A stretch of 64,000 bases of DNA from Candidatus Iainarchaeum sp. GTDB taxonomy: Archaea > Iainarchaeota > Iainarchaeia > Iainarchaeales > GCA-2688035. Under the pieces are notes generated by a model that was not told where the DNA came from, did no database searches, and saw nothing but the letters and a program-made list of their open reading frames with translations. Positions 8,748 to 18,672 of the stretch are shown here, piece after piece. The stretch covers positions 1,464-65,463 of the forward strand of contig JAQTNI010000001.1 of assembly GCA_028713935.1 (NCBI GenBank), read 5' to 3'. Numbering within the stretch: position 1 is the first letter of the stretch; each line of letters begins with the position of its first letter. The translations under genes were made by a program, and so were the position numbers.

Positions 8748-9980
8748 TTAAAAAAAATCAATGCCGAGAGTTTTGTTGACACGTGATTCGACTTTTAATG
8801 GCAGGGATTTTATTTTCAGAAATCCTGTTGAATCGTCCTGGTTGAAGGAACCGCCTTTTTCCATTGTGGCAATGTTTTCGTCATACAAACTGCAGGGGCT
8901 TTTCCTTCCTTTGATACTTATGTTTCCCTTGTACAATTGCAGTTTTACTGTTCCAGTAACTCCTTTTTGCGAGGCATCAACAAAGGCATTCAATGCATGC
9001 AGTTCTCTTGAACACCAGAAGCCATAGTAAACAAGCTCTGCATATTTCGGGCTTAATGAATCTCGCAAGTGCATTAAATCCCTGTCCATTGTAATCCCTT
9101 CCAGGTCCCTGTGTGCGGCATACAAAATTGCCATTCCCGGGCTTTCATAGACTCCCCTGCTTTTCATTCCGACAAACCTGTTTTCAACCATGTCAAGCAA
9201 GCCAACCCCGTTTTTTCCCCCGATTTCATTCAAAAATTCCAATAATTCAACTGGCTGGATTTGTTTTCCGTTTACCCCTATTGGAAAGCCGTTCTCAAAT
9301 TCAATTGCCAGATCAGTTGCATTATCAGGGGCATTTTCAGGCGGAGTGACAATTTCGTACATTTCGCCTGTTGATTCATTCCAGGGCTCTTCCAACAATC
9401 CCGCTTCATGGCTGATATGGGCAAGGTTTGCATCAGTGCTCCATGGCTTTTTAACAGTTGCAACAATCGGAATCCAGTGTTTTTTTGCATAGCCGATTGC
9501 TTCTTTTCTTCCGGGAATAGTATCGCGGAATTCTTTTTCACGCCAAGGCGCTATAATTTTTACATCCGGTTCAAGTGCCTTTGCAGTCAGTTCAAACCTG
9601 CACTGGTCATTGCCTTTTCCTGTTGCCCCGTGGGCGAGGATGTTTGTTTTTTCCTTTTTGGCAATTTCCAGTAATTTTTTTATTATAAAAGGCCGTGCAA
9701 TTGACGTTCCCAATAAATATTTTCCTTCATATTTTGCCTCTGCCTTTAAGCACTGGAAAACTCCTTTGCTTACAAACTCTTCTTTTGCATCCAATGAATA
9801 AAATTTTTTTGCACCGCTTGCAAGGGCTTTTTTTTCAAGGTTTGTTTCTTCTTTTTGCCCGACATCCACAAGAGCAGCAATTACTTCAAAATTTTTTTCA
9901 GAAAGCCATTTTGCAAGGACACTCGTGTCAAGGCCTCCCGAATAAGCCAAAACAATTTTTTCTCCATTCCCATTTTCCAT
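8748..9980 (-). CDS. argG: Argininosuccinate synthase
   Basis: KIVLAYSGGLDTS PP-loop and ArgG family motifs. The start was chosen at the internal MENGNGEK; the ORF track extends to 10085. Confidence 0.85.
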   Translation of the reverse strand: MENGNGEKIVLAYSGGLDTSVLAKWLSEKNFEVIAALVDVGQKEETNLEKKALASGAKKFYSLDAKEEFVSKGVFQCLKAEAKYEGKYLLGTSIARPFIIKKLLEIAKKEKTNILAHGATGKGNDQCRFELTAKALEPDVKIIAPWREKEFRDTIPGRKEAIGYAKKHWIPIVATVKKPWSTDANLAHISHEAGLLEEPWNESTGEMYEIVTPPENAPDNATDLAIEFENGFPIGVNGKQIQPVELLEFLNEIGGKNGVGLLDMVENRFVGMKSRGVYESPGMAILYAAHRDLEGITMDRDLMHLRDSLSPKYAELVYYGFWCSRELHALNAFVDASQKGVTGTVKLQLYKGNISIKGRKSPCSLYDENIATMEKGGSFNQDDSTGFLKIKSLPLKVESRVNKTLGIDFF

Positions 9981-10115
9981 AAAACCGCCTGCAAACCAGC
10001 AATACAGCAATAGCCGCTTCTGCAATTTAAATACTTGCCGCCCCAAAAAAGACAAAAAAAACAAGAACTGTCCCAAATAGAACATTTTTTATTTTTTTCC
10101 CCGCTAATTATTTTC

Positions 10116-10754
10116 ATGCAGGGGCAAAGCATTGCAAAGATTGTTTGTTCTTTTGTGGGCGAACGGCCTTTTTTGCGGGAATGCATGAAAAAAGGCCTGA
10201 TTAATTTTTCCCAGCTTGCAAGGCTGGTTATTTCCGAGAAAAAGCTTTCAAAGGCAGATTTTGACGCTGTTCTTGTTGCCTGCAGGCGTTGTTTTGAAAA
10301 GCTTTCTTTTGGAAAGGAATTCGAATCCAGGATAATTGCCTTGTTTAAAACAAGCAAGATAGAGGTTAAAACAAAAATTTGCGTTTTTGTTGTTTCAAAA
10401 AAAGCCCCTTTTTCAGTTATTTCAAAAATTGTCAGGGAAATTTCCGAAAAAGAAGAATTGTTTCACATTATCCAGGGCAGCTCCGCAGTTACAATAATTG
10501 CTTCCCAGGATTTTTTTGAATTGATAAAAAATTCTTTGGCCGGGTTTGTTGTTTCAGAAAAATCAGGGCTTGTTGAAATACTTGTCAAGACCTCAAAGGA
10601 AATCGAGCAAATCCCGGGTTCGGTTTCTTTCCTTTATGGCAGGCTTTCAGAACAAGGAATCAACATTGTTGAAACAGCAAGCAGCTGGACAGACACTCTT
10701 TTTGTTATCTCGGAAAAAGACCTTGCAAAAACAATGGAACTCCTGGACTTTTAG
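10116..10754 (+). CDS. Hypothetical protein
   Basis: ORF only. Possibly ACT-like, but no clear motif. Confidence 0.3.
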   Translation: MQGQSIAKIVCSFVGERPFLRECMKKGLINFSQLARLVISEKKLSKADFDAVLVACRRCFEKLSFGKEFESRIIALFKTSKIEVKTKICVFVVSKKAPFSVISKIVREISEKEELFHIIQGSSAVTIIASQDFFELIKNSLAGFVVSEKSGLVEILVKTSKEIEQIPGSVSFLYGRLSEQGINIVETASSWTDTLFVISEKDLAKTMELLDF

Positions 10755-11272
10755 GTCTGTTTTTTTATTTTTTTGAGGATAAAATCAGGAAGCATGCCTG
10801 AATCACTGTATGCCTTTTTTATTTTTTCAGGGAGTTTTGGAAATTCTTTTATTTTTCTCCTGCAATTTTTTGCCCCGCAATTGCACTGAAAGCCCCATAT
10901 TTCCTGCCAGTTTATGCCCCAGATTGAATCATCAGTCCATTCCGTTAAAGAATAATCAAAAGTTATTTCCTCGCCTTTTTTTATGTTTTTAAAGGCAACT
11001 AATTTGTCAGATTTGACAATGCAGGAAGTAGGGGAGCAGGAATGATTTATGTAAATAAAAGGCACTTTTAGTTTCAGGTAAATTTTATCCGATATCTGCA
11101 ATGGGTCATCAATCCTTGTTTTTCCTTCACTGTAATCTTTTTTCAGCATTGGTATTGACACTTGTTTTCCCCGCATAATGCAAACGGTTTCGCCTTTTTT
11201 TATATTGCACGAGGCGAAGCAACCTCTGCCTTCAATTTTTGAAACACGAATTTCAATTTTACTTTTTGCCAT
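10751..11272 (-). CDS. SET-domain protein (putative lysine methyltransferase)
   Basis: NHSCSPT, EEITFDY and a Cys-rich post-SET CNCGAKNC arrangement. Confidence 0.75.
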   Translation of the reverse strand: MAKSKIEIRVSKIEGRGCFASCNIKKGETVCIMRGKQVSIPMLKKDYSEGKTRIDDPLQISDKIYLKLKVPFIYINHSCSPTSCIVKSDKLVAFKNIKKGEEITFDYSLTEWTDDSIWGINWQEIWGFQCNCGAKNCRRKIKEFPKLPEKIKKAYSDSGMLPDFILKKIKKQT

Positions 11273-11284
11273 ATCCCCACGTTT

Positions 11285-11950
11285 TCAGAGCAGTGCCACT
11301 GCTTTTTCCAGGTCTTTTTTGCTGTTTATGTTGAAGTATTTTCCCTGGAATGGATAGCCAAACAGCAATCCTTTTTCCGCGAGCCTTGGAAAAAGGTCTT
11401 TTTCAATGCCCTGCATTCCTTTTCCAAGGTGCTTGAAAATCTCGGGTTCAAACAAAAAATAACCCGCATTCACAAGGTAAGAATGTGCCTCGCGCTTTGG
11501 CTTTTCAGCAAATTCTGTTATTTTGTTTCCCTGCAGGACAGCAACCCCAAAGTCCTTTGGATTGCTTACTGTTGTAAGCGCCATTGTTGCAAGCGCATTG
11601 TTTTTCCTGTGGAAAGCAAGCATTTCATTCAGGTTTACAGATGCAATTGTGTCTGCATAGGCAACAAGAAAAGTGTCTTTAAGCCGCGGTTTTGCCATGA
11701 GCAGGGCATTTACTGTTCCGCTTGGCTTTTCCGCAGACAAAAAATCAACTGCAAAAGCCAGGTTTTTTTCCCGCATTTCTTTTTCTATTTCCTTTGCAAA
11801 ACTGTCAGAATAAACAATGAAATTGTTCACGTTATAGCCGTTGATTTCTTCCAAAACCCACTGCAGGACAGGCTTTCCCCTTATTTTAACCAGGAATTTT
11901 GGCTTGCCATTAAGCAGCAGGCTGCTTTTTTTTCCGCCGGCAAGGAGCAA
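11285..11950 (-). CDS. Nucleotidyltransferase (MobA-like / sugar-1-phosphate NTP transferase family)
   Basis: LLAGGKKSS...GKP N-terminal motif and NTP_transferase fold signatures. Confidence 0.6.
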   Translation of the reverse strand: MLLAGGKKSSLLLNGKPKFLVKIRGKPVLQWVLEEINGYNVNNFIVYSDSFAKEIEKEMREKNLAFAVDFLSAEKPSGTVNALLMAKPRLKDTFLVAYADTIASVNLNEMLAFHRKNNALATMALTTVSNPKDFGVAVLQGNKITEFAEKPKREAHSYLVNAGYFLFEPEIFKHLGKGMQGIEKDLFPRLAEKGLLFGYPFQGKYFNINSKKDLEKAVALL

Positions 11951-12217
11951 GGCATTTTTCAGCCTGAAATCGGAGAGGAATTTGCTGAGCAGGTATTCGA
12001 TTGCCTGGCTCCTGCTCCTGATTGTGATTCCGTCAACAAGCCTGTCAACCTGCTTGAGCAGGTCAGCCTTTATTGTAATTGTGACCCTGTCCCTGTTTAT
12101 TCAAACCGCCCCTTTGGTACAACCATAAAAATTTTCATACTTTATCATACTATATATGATTCTATTGTAAATTTAAAAGCCTTTCCAGGCAGACTTTTTT
12201 TTTCTTGGAGGGATAAA

Positions 12218-13525
12218 ATGGATATCACTGTTGTTGGCACTGGCTATGTCGGCCTTGTTGCGGGAACCTGTTTTGCGGATATGGGAAACAGGGTTTTCTG
12301 CGTTGACATTGACAGCAAAAAAATTGGCATGCTGAATGATGGCAAATGCCCCATTTATGAGCCTGGGCTTGAGCCGCTTATTGAAAAAAATGTGAAGGCA
12401 AAAAGGCTTTTTTTCACTACTGACATAAAAAAGGCGATTAATGAAACGGAAATTATTTTTATTGCGGTGGGCACTCCGCCAAAGCCGAATGGCGATGCAG
12501 ACCTCAGCTTTGTGGAGAATGTTGCAAAAACAATTGCAGAGACAGCCACAGAACCGAAAATTGTTGTTGAGAAAAGCACTGTTCCTGTTGAAACAGGCGA
12601 GAGAATTGCAGCTGTCCTGAAACTGTACAATCCGCACAATGTTGTTTTTGAAGTAGTAAGCAACCCAGAGTTTTTAAGGGAAGGCTCTGCTGTAAAGGAT
12701 TTTTTGGTGCCTGACAGGATTGTTATTGGCGCAAGCAGCGAGCATGCGCGCAAGAAACTGGGCGAGCTTTACTCCCCATTGAAGGCAAAAATCCTTTTTA
12801 CTGATGTGAAAAGCGCTGAAATAATAAAGCACGCGAGCAACAGTTTTTTGGCAACAAAAATTTCTTTTATAAATGCAATTGCAGACATCTGCGACAATAC
12901 CGGGGCTGATGTTAAGCTTGTTGCGGAAGGAATGGGTCTGGATGCGAGAATTGGAAAATCCTTTTTGAATCCGGGAATAGGGTATGGGGGCTTTTGCTTT
13001 CCGAAGGATGTTGAGGCTTTTATCAGGATTGCGGAAAAAAAAGGCTATGATTTCAGGCTTTTGAAGGAAGTCCAGGAAATAAACCATGCACAGAGAAAAA
13101 TTTTTGTAAAAAAGATTGAGCAACAGTTATGGAACCTGAACAACAAGAAAATCTGTGTGCTGGGGCTGGCTTTCAAGCCGAACACTGATGATATGAGGTT
13201 TGCCCCTAGCATTGACATTATTAAGATGCTTCAGGATGAGGGTGCAAAAATTTTTGCCTATGACCCAGTTGCAATGGAAAGGGCAAAATCTGAAATCAGG
13301 GGAATTGAATTCTGCAGCAATGCGTATGCAGCCGCAAAAGATGCCGAGGCATTGCTTGTTTTGACTGAATGGCAGGAATTTTTGGAACTTGATTTCAAGA
13401 AAATCAGGGCTTCAATGAAAACCCATTTCCTTTTTGACGGAAGAAACTGCCTTGATTCAAAAAAAATGATTTCTCTTGGCTTTAAGTATTTTGGGATGGG
13501 TTCCCAGGGCAATAATTGCCTTTGA
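12218..13525 (+). CDS. ugd: UDP-glucose 6-dehydrogenase
   Basis: MDITVVGTGYVGLV Rossmann motif and the GGFCFPKD active-site Cys. GGAGGG RBS upstream. The ORF-track start at 11429 is antisense read-through. Confidence 0.9.
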   Translation: MDITVVGTGYVGLVAGTCFADMGNRVFCVDIDSKKIGMLNDGKCPIYEPGLEPLIEKNVKAKRLFFTTDIKKAINETEIIFIAVGTPPKPNGDADLSFVENVAKTIAETATEPKIVVEKSTVPVETGERIAAVLKLYNPHNVVFEVVSNPEFLREGSAVKDFLVPDRIVIGASSEHARKKLGELYSPLKAKILFTDVKSAEIIKHASNSFLATKISFINAIADICDNTGADVKLVAEGMGLDARIGKSFLNPGIGYGGFCFPKDVEAFIRIAEKKGYDFRLLKEVQEINHAQRKIFVKKIEQQLWNLNNKKICVLGLAFKPNTDDMRFAPSIDIIKMLQDEGAKIFAYDPVAMERAKSEIRGIEFCSNAYAAAKDAEALLVLTEWQEFLELDFKKIRASMKTHFLFDGRNCLDSKKMISLGFKYFGMGSQGNNCL

Positions 13526-14286
13526 TGGAAAGGTGTTTCTTGTTGAAGGCAATTATTCCTGCAGCGGGCTATGCAACAAGGCTTTATCCTTTGACTGAAA
13601 ATTCGCCAAAGGCACTGGTTACTGTAAGCGGAAAGCCGATTCTGGAGCACATAATCAACAAAATCAGTCAGCTGCCCTCTGTTGACGGGATTTTCATTGT
13701 AACAAACTCAAAATTTTACAAGTGCTTTTCAGGCTGGTTCGCAGGCTTTGAAAACAAATCCGGAATTCCAATAAAAATCCTTGATGACGGCACAACAAGC
13801 AATGAAACAAGGCTTGGGCAGATTGGCGACATACAGCTTGCCATTGACAGGGAAAAGATTGACAATGAATTGGTTGTTATTGCAGGGGACAACCTGTTCA
13901 ATTTTTCGCTTTTGCCGGCATTCAATTTTTTCAGGAAAAAGAAAACAATTGTCAATGCGCTCTGGGACAGCAAAAGCCTTGAAGTCGCAAGGGAACAGGG
14001 AATTGCAGTAATTGACAAAAAAAACAAATTTGTGCTTTTCCAGGAAAAAGACCCAAACCCAAAAAGCACTTTAACTTCCCTTGGAATTTATTTTTTTCCA
14101 AAGGAACAGGTGAAGCTTCTCAAGGAGTATCTTGGCAATGGCAACAGCCCTGACAAAATGGGTTACTTCATGATCTGGCTTATCCAGAACAGCGTTGTTT
14201 TTGGCTATACTTATTATGAAAAATGGTTTGACATTGGCTGGCATTCGGCCCTTGAAAAAGCGAGAAAAGAATTTGTTCCGGATTGA
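13525..14286 (+). CDS. Sugar-1-phosphate nucleotidyltransferase (short RfbA-like)
   Basis: AIIPAAGYATRLYPLT pyrophosphorylase motif. Confidence 0.7.
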   Translation: MERCFLLKAIIPAAGYATRLYPLTENSPKALVTVSGKPILEHIINKISQLPSVDGIFIVTNSKFYKCFSGWFAGFENKSGIPIKILDDGTTSNETRLGQIGDIQLAIDREKIDNELVVIAGDNLFNFSLLPAFNFFRKKKTIVNALWDSKSLEVAREQGIAVIDKKNKFVLFQEKDPNPKSTLTSLGIYFFPKEQVKLLKEYLGNGNSPDKMGYFMIWLIQNSVVFGYTYYEKWFDIGWHSALEKARKEFVPD

Positions 14287-14355
14287 TTCCAAATTTTTCA
14301 ATTTTTTTAGCCGACTTTATGTTTTTTAATCAATAATGCTGATAAATTGGTTAAT

Positions 14356-15294
14356 ATGCAAAAAATTCTTGTGACAGGCGGGGCAGGGTTTATTGGCTCG
14401 GCAACAGCTGATTTTTTGGCTGAAAAAGGATTTGGAATCTGCATTGTTGACAACCTTTTTATGGGCAAAAAAGAAAACATTCCAAAAGAAGCTTCTTTTT
14501 ACAAGGCGGACATAAGAAACAAGGCTTCACTTGAAAAAATTTTTGCAAAGGAAAAGCCAGATTTTGCAATGCATTTTGCAGCGCACATGAACCTGCGCCA
14601 GTCAATAAAAAACCCTTTTTTTAATGCGGGCGTGAATGTAACAGGCACGCTTAACCTGCTTGAAGCCTGCAAAAAATTTTCAATTAAAAAAATTATTTTG
14701 GCCTCTTCAGGCGGCGCAGTATATGGCGAGCCTCTTGAATTGCCAGTGCCTGAAAGCCATACTTTGCAGCCGCTTTCCCCTTATGGCGCTTCAAAAATAG
14801 CAGTTGAAAAATATGCCTATTCTTATTGGAAAAACTTCGGCCTTGATTTTGTTGCGTTGCGCTATGCAAATGTTTTTGGCCCAAGGCAGAATCCAAAAAG
14901 CGGGGCAGGGATAATTTCAATTTTTTCCGAAGCCCTGCTGCATAAAAAAAAGCCCTTTATTTTTGGTTCGGGCGAGCAGACAAGGGATTTTGTTTTTTCA
15001 AGGGATGTTGCAGAAGCGAATTTTTTGGCGCTTACTAAAAAAACAAAAAACCGCATTTTTAATATTGGGGCAGGAAAGGAAGTCTCAGTGAACAGGGTTT
15101 TTGGGTTGTTAAAAAATTTTTTTGGCTCTGGCAAGGAAGCCATCAGGAAACCCGAGATAGCAGGCGAAGTTAAAAGGATTTTTCTTGACAATTCACTTGC
15201 AAAAGAGGAGCTTGGCTGGGTTCCAAAAACAGGGTTTGAAGAAGGAATGAAAATTACTGCGGAATGGTTCGTTGAAAAAAACAGGAAAAAGTGA
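14356..15294 (+). CDS. NAD-dependent epimerase/dehydratase (GalE-like UDP-sugar 4-epimerase)
   Basis: ILVTGGAGFIGS and YxxxK (YGASK) short-chain dehydrogenase/reductase motifs. Confidence 0.75.
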   Translation: MQKILVTGGAGFIGSATADFLAEKGFGICIVDNLFMGKKENIPKEASFYKADIRNKASLEKIFAKEKPDFAMHFAAHMNLRQSIKNPFFNAGVNVTGTLNLLEACKKFSIKKIILASSGGAVYGEPLELPVPESHTLQPLSPYGASKIAVEKYAYSYWKNFGLDFVALRYANVFGPRQNPKSGAGIISIFSEALLHKKKPFIFGSGEQTRDFVFSRDVAEANFLALTKKTKNRIFNIGAGKEVSVNRVFGLLKNFFGSGKEAIRKPEIAGEVKRIFLDNSLAKEELGWVPKTGFEEGMKITAEWFVEKNRKK

Positions 15295-15298
15295 TTTT

Positions 15299-16231
15299 GT
15301 GAAAACAATTATTGTTGCGGGCGCGGCAGGCTTTATTGGCAGCAATCTTTCCGAAAGGCTTTTGAAAGAAGGCAACAGGGTAATAGGAATAGACAATTTT
15401 GCCAGCAGTTCAAGAAAAAACATTGAACCCCTTTCGGAATTTGAAAATTTTTCTTTTTTTGAGCACGATGTGCAGGAACCCCTGGAGCTAGGGGAAAATG
15501 TTTCACAGGTTTATAATTGCGCTTCTCCTGCAAGCCCTATTGATTTTGCAAAAATTCCCATTGAAATTCTCATGACAAATTCCCTTGGAATGAAAAACCT
15601 GCTTGATTTCTGCCTGCAAAAAAAAGCACGGCTTCTCCAGACATCAACTTCAGAGGTTTATGGCGACCCTCTTGTCCATCCGCAAAAAGAATCCTATTGG
15701 GGCAATGTAAATCCTCTTGGGGAACGGTCTTGCTACGACGAAGCCAAGCGCTTTGCAGAAGCACTGATAATGGCGTACAAGAGAAAATATTCCCTTGAAG
15801 TGCGCATTGCAAGGATTTTCAATACTTATGGGCCGAGAATGAGAAAAGATGACGGCAGGGTAGTGCCCTCCTTCATTGAACAGGCACTGCATAACCAGCC
15901 GATTACTGTTTTTGGAGAGGGAAAGCAAACAAGAAGCTTTTGTTATGTATCAGACCAGGTTGATGGCCTTGTAAAATTAATGAATTCCGGCTTCACTGGG
16001 CCTGTTAACATTGGAAACCCAGTTGAAATCACAATGATTGAGCTTGCAGAAAAAATAATTGAGCTTGCGAATTCAAAATCAAAGGTTATTTTCAAGCCTC
16101 TTATTCATGCCGATGACCCAAAAAAAAGAAAGCCGGACATTTCCCTTGCAAAAGAAAAATTGGGCTGGGAACCAAAAGTGCACTGGGAAGAAGGAATGAA
16201 AAAAACAATTGAATGGTTCAGGAAAAACTGA
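15299..16231 (+). CDS. uxs: UDP-glucuronate decarboxylase (UDP-xylose synthase)
   Basis: Near-diagnostic stretch SEVYGDPLVHPQKESYWGNVNPLGERSCYDEAKR...IARIFNTYGPRM...DGRVVPSFI. A GTG start 5 nt after the upstream stop is likely; the ORF track uses an overlapping TTG at 15272. Confidence 0.8.
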   Translation: MKTIIVAGAAGFIGSNLSERLLKEGNRVIGIDNFASSSRKNIEPLSEFENFSFFEHDVQEPLELGENVSQVYNCASPASPIDFAKIPIEILMTNSLGMKNLLDFCLQKKARLLQTSTSEVYGDPLVHPQKESYWGNVNPLGERSCYDEAKRFAEALIMAYKRKYSLEVRIARIFNTYGPRMRKDDGRVVPSFIEQALHNQPITVFGEGKQTRSFCYVSDQVDGLVKLMNSGFTGPVNIGNPVEITMIELAEKIIELANSKSKVIFKPLIHADDPKKRKPDISLAKEKLGWEPKVHWEEGMKKTIEWFRKN

Positions 16232-16290
16232 AAACACAAATTTTTTTGCATTTACCTGTTGATTTTTAAATTCTTTTTTCTTATATTTAA

Positions 16291-18669
16291 TTGGTGTTTT
16301 TTTTGCTTAAAAAAATGCTTTTTTTGCTCTGCCTTTTGCTTTTGTCTTCAAGTGCCTTTGCAGTGATATCACACGACTCTCTGAAGGTTTTTGCTGTCAC
16401 TGAAGACGGGCAGACAGCAATGACTGCAAATCTTGGCCTTACAATTGAAGCCGGCACAGGAAAAGTCTGGAGCAGTGTTGAGCCTCTTATTGGAACTTCA
16501 ACGCAGACAACTGAAAAGGCAGCTGTCCAGGTTGCAAAAAATTATTCTCCAAGCGTTTCTTCTTTTGACTACAAATTTGACATTAACAGCAATGCATCTC
16601 TTGTTGACGGCCCAAGCGCGGGCGCGGCAATGGCACTGCTTACCATTTCAATGCTGACTGACAAGCACATCCCTGAAAATGTCGGGATTACAGGAACAAT
16701 AACAAATGAAGGGGGAGTGGGGCAGGTTGGCGGTGTTTTCAAAAAAGCACAGGAAGCAGCGCGCATTGGAATAAAACTTTTCATGATTCCTGCAGGGGAA
16801 TCAAAGCAGATTATGACTGGGCAAAATGGCGCAGAATATGTCAATCTTGTCGATTATGCGCCTGCAAATTGGGGCATGAAAGTTGTTGAAGTAAGCAATA
16901 TTGACCAGGTTTTAAAATTCGCATTTTCAGACATCCAAAGCATTGATGTGAATGCAAACCAGGAATTGCCTGTTTTTGTTCCAAAGCCAGTTTCTGTTTC
17001 GGACAATGTTTACAAAATGCATGATTTGACAGAGGGTTACATAAAAAGGGCTTCAGAAGCGCTTACCCATGCAAGAAAAAGTCTTACAGGGACGCTTTTG
17101 AATGATGCAGATGCCACCGAAGCAATGCTTGCAGCATTGACAAACGCTGAAAAAAATTTGCAGGACGCAAAAATGCTTTTTGACCAGAACTATTTTTACA
17201 GCGCTGCAAACTATGCCTTTTTGGCGCAGGTTGACGCAATGTTTGTCGATGATTTAAGCCAAAACCCCTCTCTTATTGACCCTTCTTCAACTTTTTTGGA
17301 TTTGAAGCTGCTTGACCTGAAAAAAGACGCGGGTTCACTTGAAAAAGACCTGAATGATTTTGTCCAGATTGAAGGCTGGGAATGGCACATTGCTGCGCAA
17401 CAGAGGCTTGCCTGGGCAGAACAAAAAATTGATTCCCTGATAAACAAAAAAACAATTGTAATAAACATTGACGGAACCACTGCAAGTTCCCTTGTGGAAT
17501 TGCACGATTATGAGTTTGCAGTTGCCTGGCTTTCCGTTGCAAAAGATTTTTCCTCGCTGGCACAGGAATCAACAAAAAAAGTCCGCTCAAAGCCAATGTT
17601 CAATGAGGAAATAAACACTTACATAATCAATGCGGAAAACAATCTTTCCTCAATTCCGCAGGATTCTTCAGAGGACATAACAAGAAGGATTGAAACAGCC
17701 AAAAAATCAAGAGACCTTGGCAGAAGCGCTGCTTCTCTTTTTGATGCCGCCTCCGCCTTTGCACTGTCAAATGCGGATAATTTCATTAAAAACAAGGACC
17801 TGAACACACTGGAAACAGTGTTAAGGCAAAAATCCTCTGATTTGCAGAAAAAGCTTGACACGAAGGGCAATGGTTTTGTCTGGGCAAGGCTTTATCTTGA
17901 CCATGCAAATTATTATCTGCAGGGAATTGAATTTTACAAGTCAAAAGGCCTGAATGCGCAGGCGCTTGAAATGGCGCAAAGCGGAATTTCAATTGTTTTT
18001 CTCTCCGAAGAAATTTTCAATGCGTCTGAAACAGCGGGAAATTATTATTCCAATGTTCCCGCATCAGACCTTTCAGAAAACATCCGCCCTTTACTGCCGA
18101 ATTACTTCAATCCCGCGGTTATTGCCGCGCTCATTGCAGTGATAATCTGCCTTGCCCTGCTGTTGTTTTTCATGCACAGGCAGGCTTCTGCTTCCAACTC
18201 GGAAGACAAAAAAATCAGCCTTGAAAAGGCAAAAGCAAGGCTTGACAGGCTGTTTGCAGACAAAAAAATTTCTTATGAAAAATTCCTTGAAATGAATTCA
18301 ATACTTGAAAGCAGAAGCAAAGAAATTGATTTGGACAGGGAAGCATTAAGCCAGACAACTGTAAAGGCAGACAAAATGCGCTTTGAGCTCCAGGCGCTTA
18401 AAAGGACTCTTGCAGAGCTTGAAAGGCAGAAAAAATCAGGCCTGATAACAAAAAAAGACTTTGAAAAAACAGTTTCAAAAATCAATTCAAAATCAGGCTA
18501 TCTTGAAAAAGCCCTTGTTGAAAGAAAAAAAGACGCAGCAGCAGAAGAAGCCAAGATAAAGCTTGAAACAAAAGAATATTCAAGCGAAGCAAAAGAAATG
18601 TTAAAATCAGGAAAAAAAGAAATCAACCGCAAATGGCAAAAAGCAAAAAAAACAAAATCCAAAAACTGA
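16291..18669 (+). CDS. Secreted or membrane-anchored protein with Lon (S16) protease domain, helical region, one TM helix and a Lys/Glu-rich coiled-coil tail
   Basis: Signal peptide. Lon catalytic-domain motifs DGPSAGAAM (Ser) and KKAQEAARIGIK (Lys). TM helix AVIAALIAVIICLALLLFF near residue 610. Confidence 0.7.
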   Translation: MVFFLLKKMLFLLCLLLLSSSAFAVISHDSLKVFAVTEDGQTAMTANLGLTIEAGTGKVWSSVEPLIGTSTQTTEKAAVQVAKNYSPSVSSFDYKFDINSNASLVDGPSAGAAMALLTISMLTDKHIPENVGITGTITNEGGVGQVGGVFKKAQEAARIGIKLFMIPAGESKQIMTGQNGAEYVNLVDYAPANWGMKVVEVSNIDQVLKFAFSDIQSIDVNANQELPVFVPKPVSVSDNVYKMHDLTEGYIKRASEALTHARKSLTGTLLNDADATEAMLAALTNAEKNLQDAKMLFDQNYFYSAANYAFLAQVDAMFVDDLSQNPSLIDPSSTFLDLKLLDLKKDAGSLEKDLNDFVQIEGWEWHIAAQQRLAWAEQKIDSLINKKTIVINIDGTTASSLVELHDYEFAVAWLSVAKDFSSLAQESTKKVRSKPMFNEEINTYIINAENNLSSIPQDSSEDITRRIETAKKSRDLGRSAASLFDAASAFALSNADNFIKNKDLNTLETVLRQKSSDLQKKLDTKGNGFVWARLYLDHANYYLQGIEFYKSKGLNAQALEMAQSGISIVFLSEEIFNASETAGNYYSNVPASDLSENIRPLLPNYFNPAVIAALIAVIICLALLLFFMHRQASASNSEDKKISLEKAKARLDRLFADKKISYEKFLEMNSILESRSKEIDLDREALSQTTVKADKMRFELQALKRTLAELERQKKSGLITKKDFEKTVSKINSKSGYLEKALVERKKDAAAEEAKIKLETKEYSSEAKEMLKSGKKEINRKWQKAKKTKSKN

Positions 18670-18672
18670 TTC

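Noticed and set aside
11429-12217. N-terminal 263 codons of the 698-aa ORF preceding ugd
   Set aside because: This stretch is antisense to the well-supported nucleotidyltransferase gene (11285-11950). The real ugd start is the RBS-preceded ATG at 12218 with the Rossmann motif.
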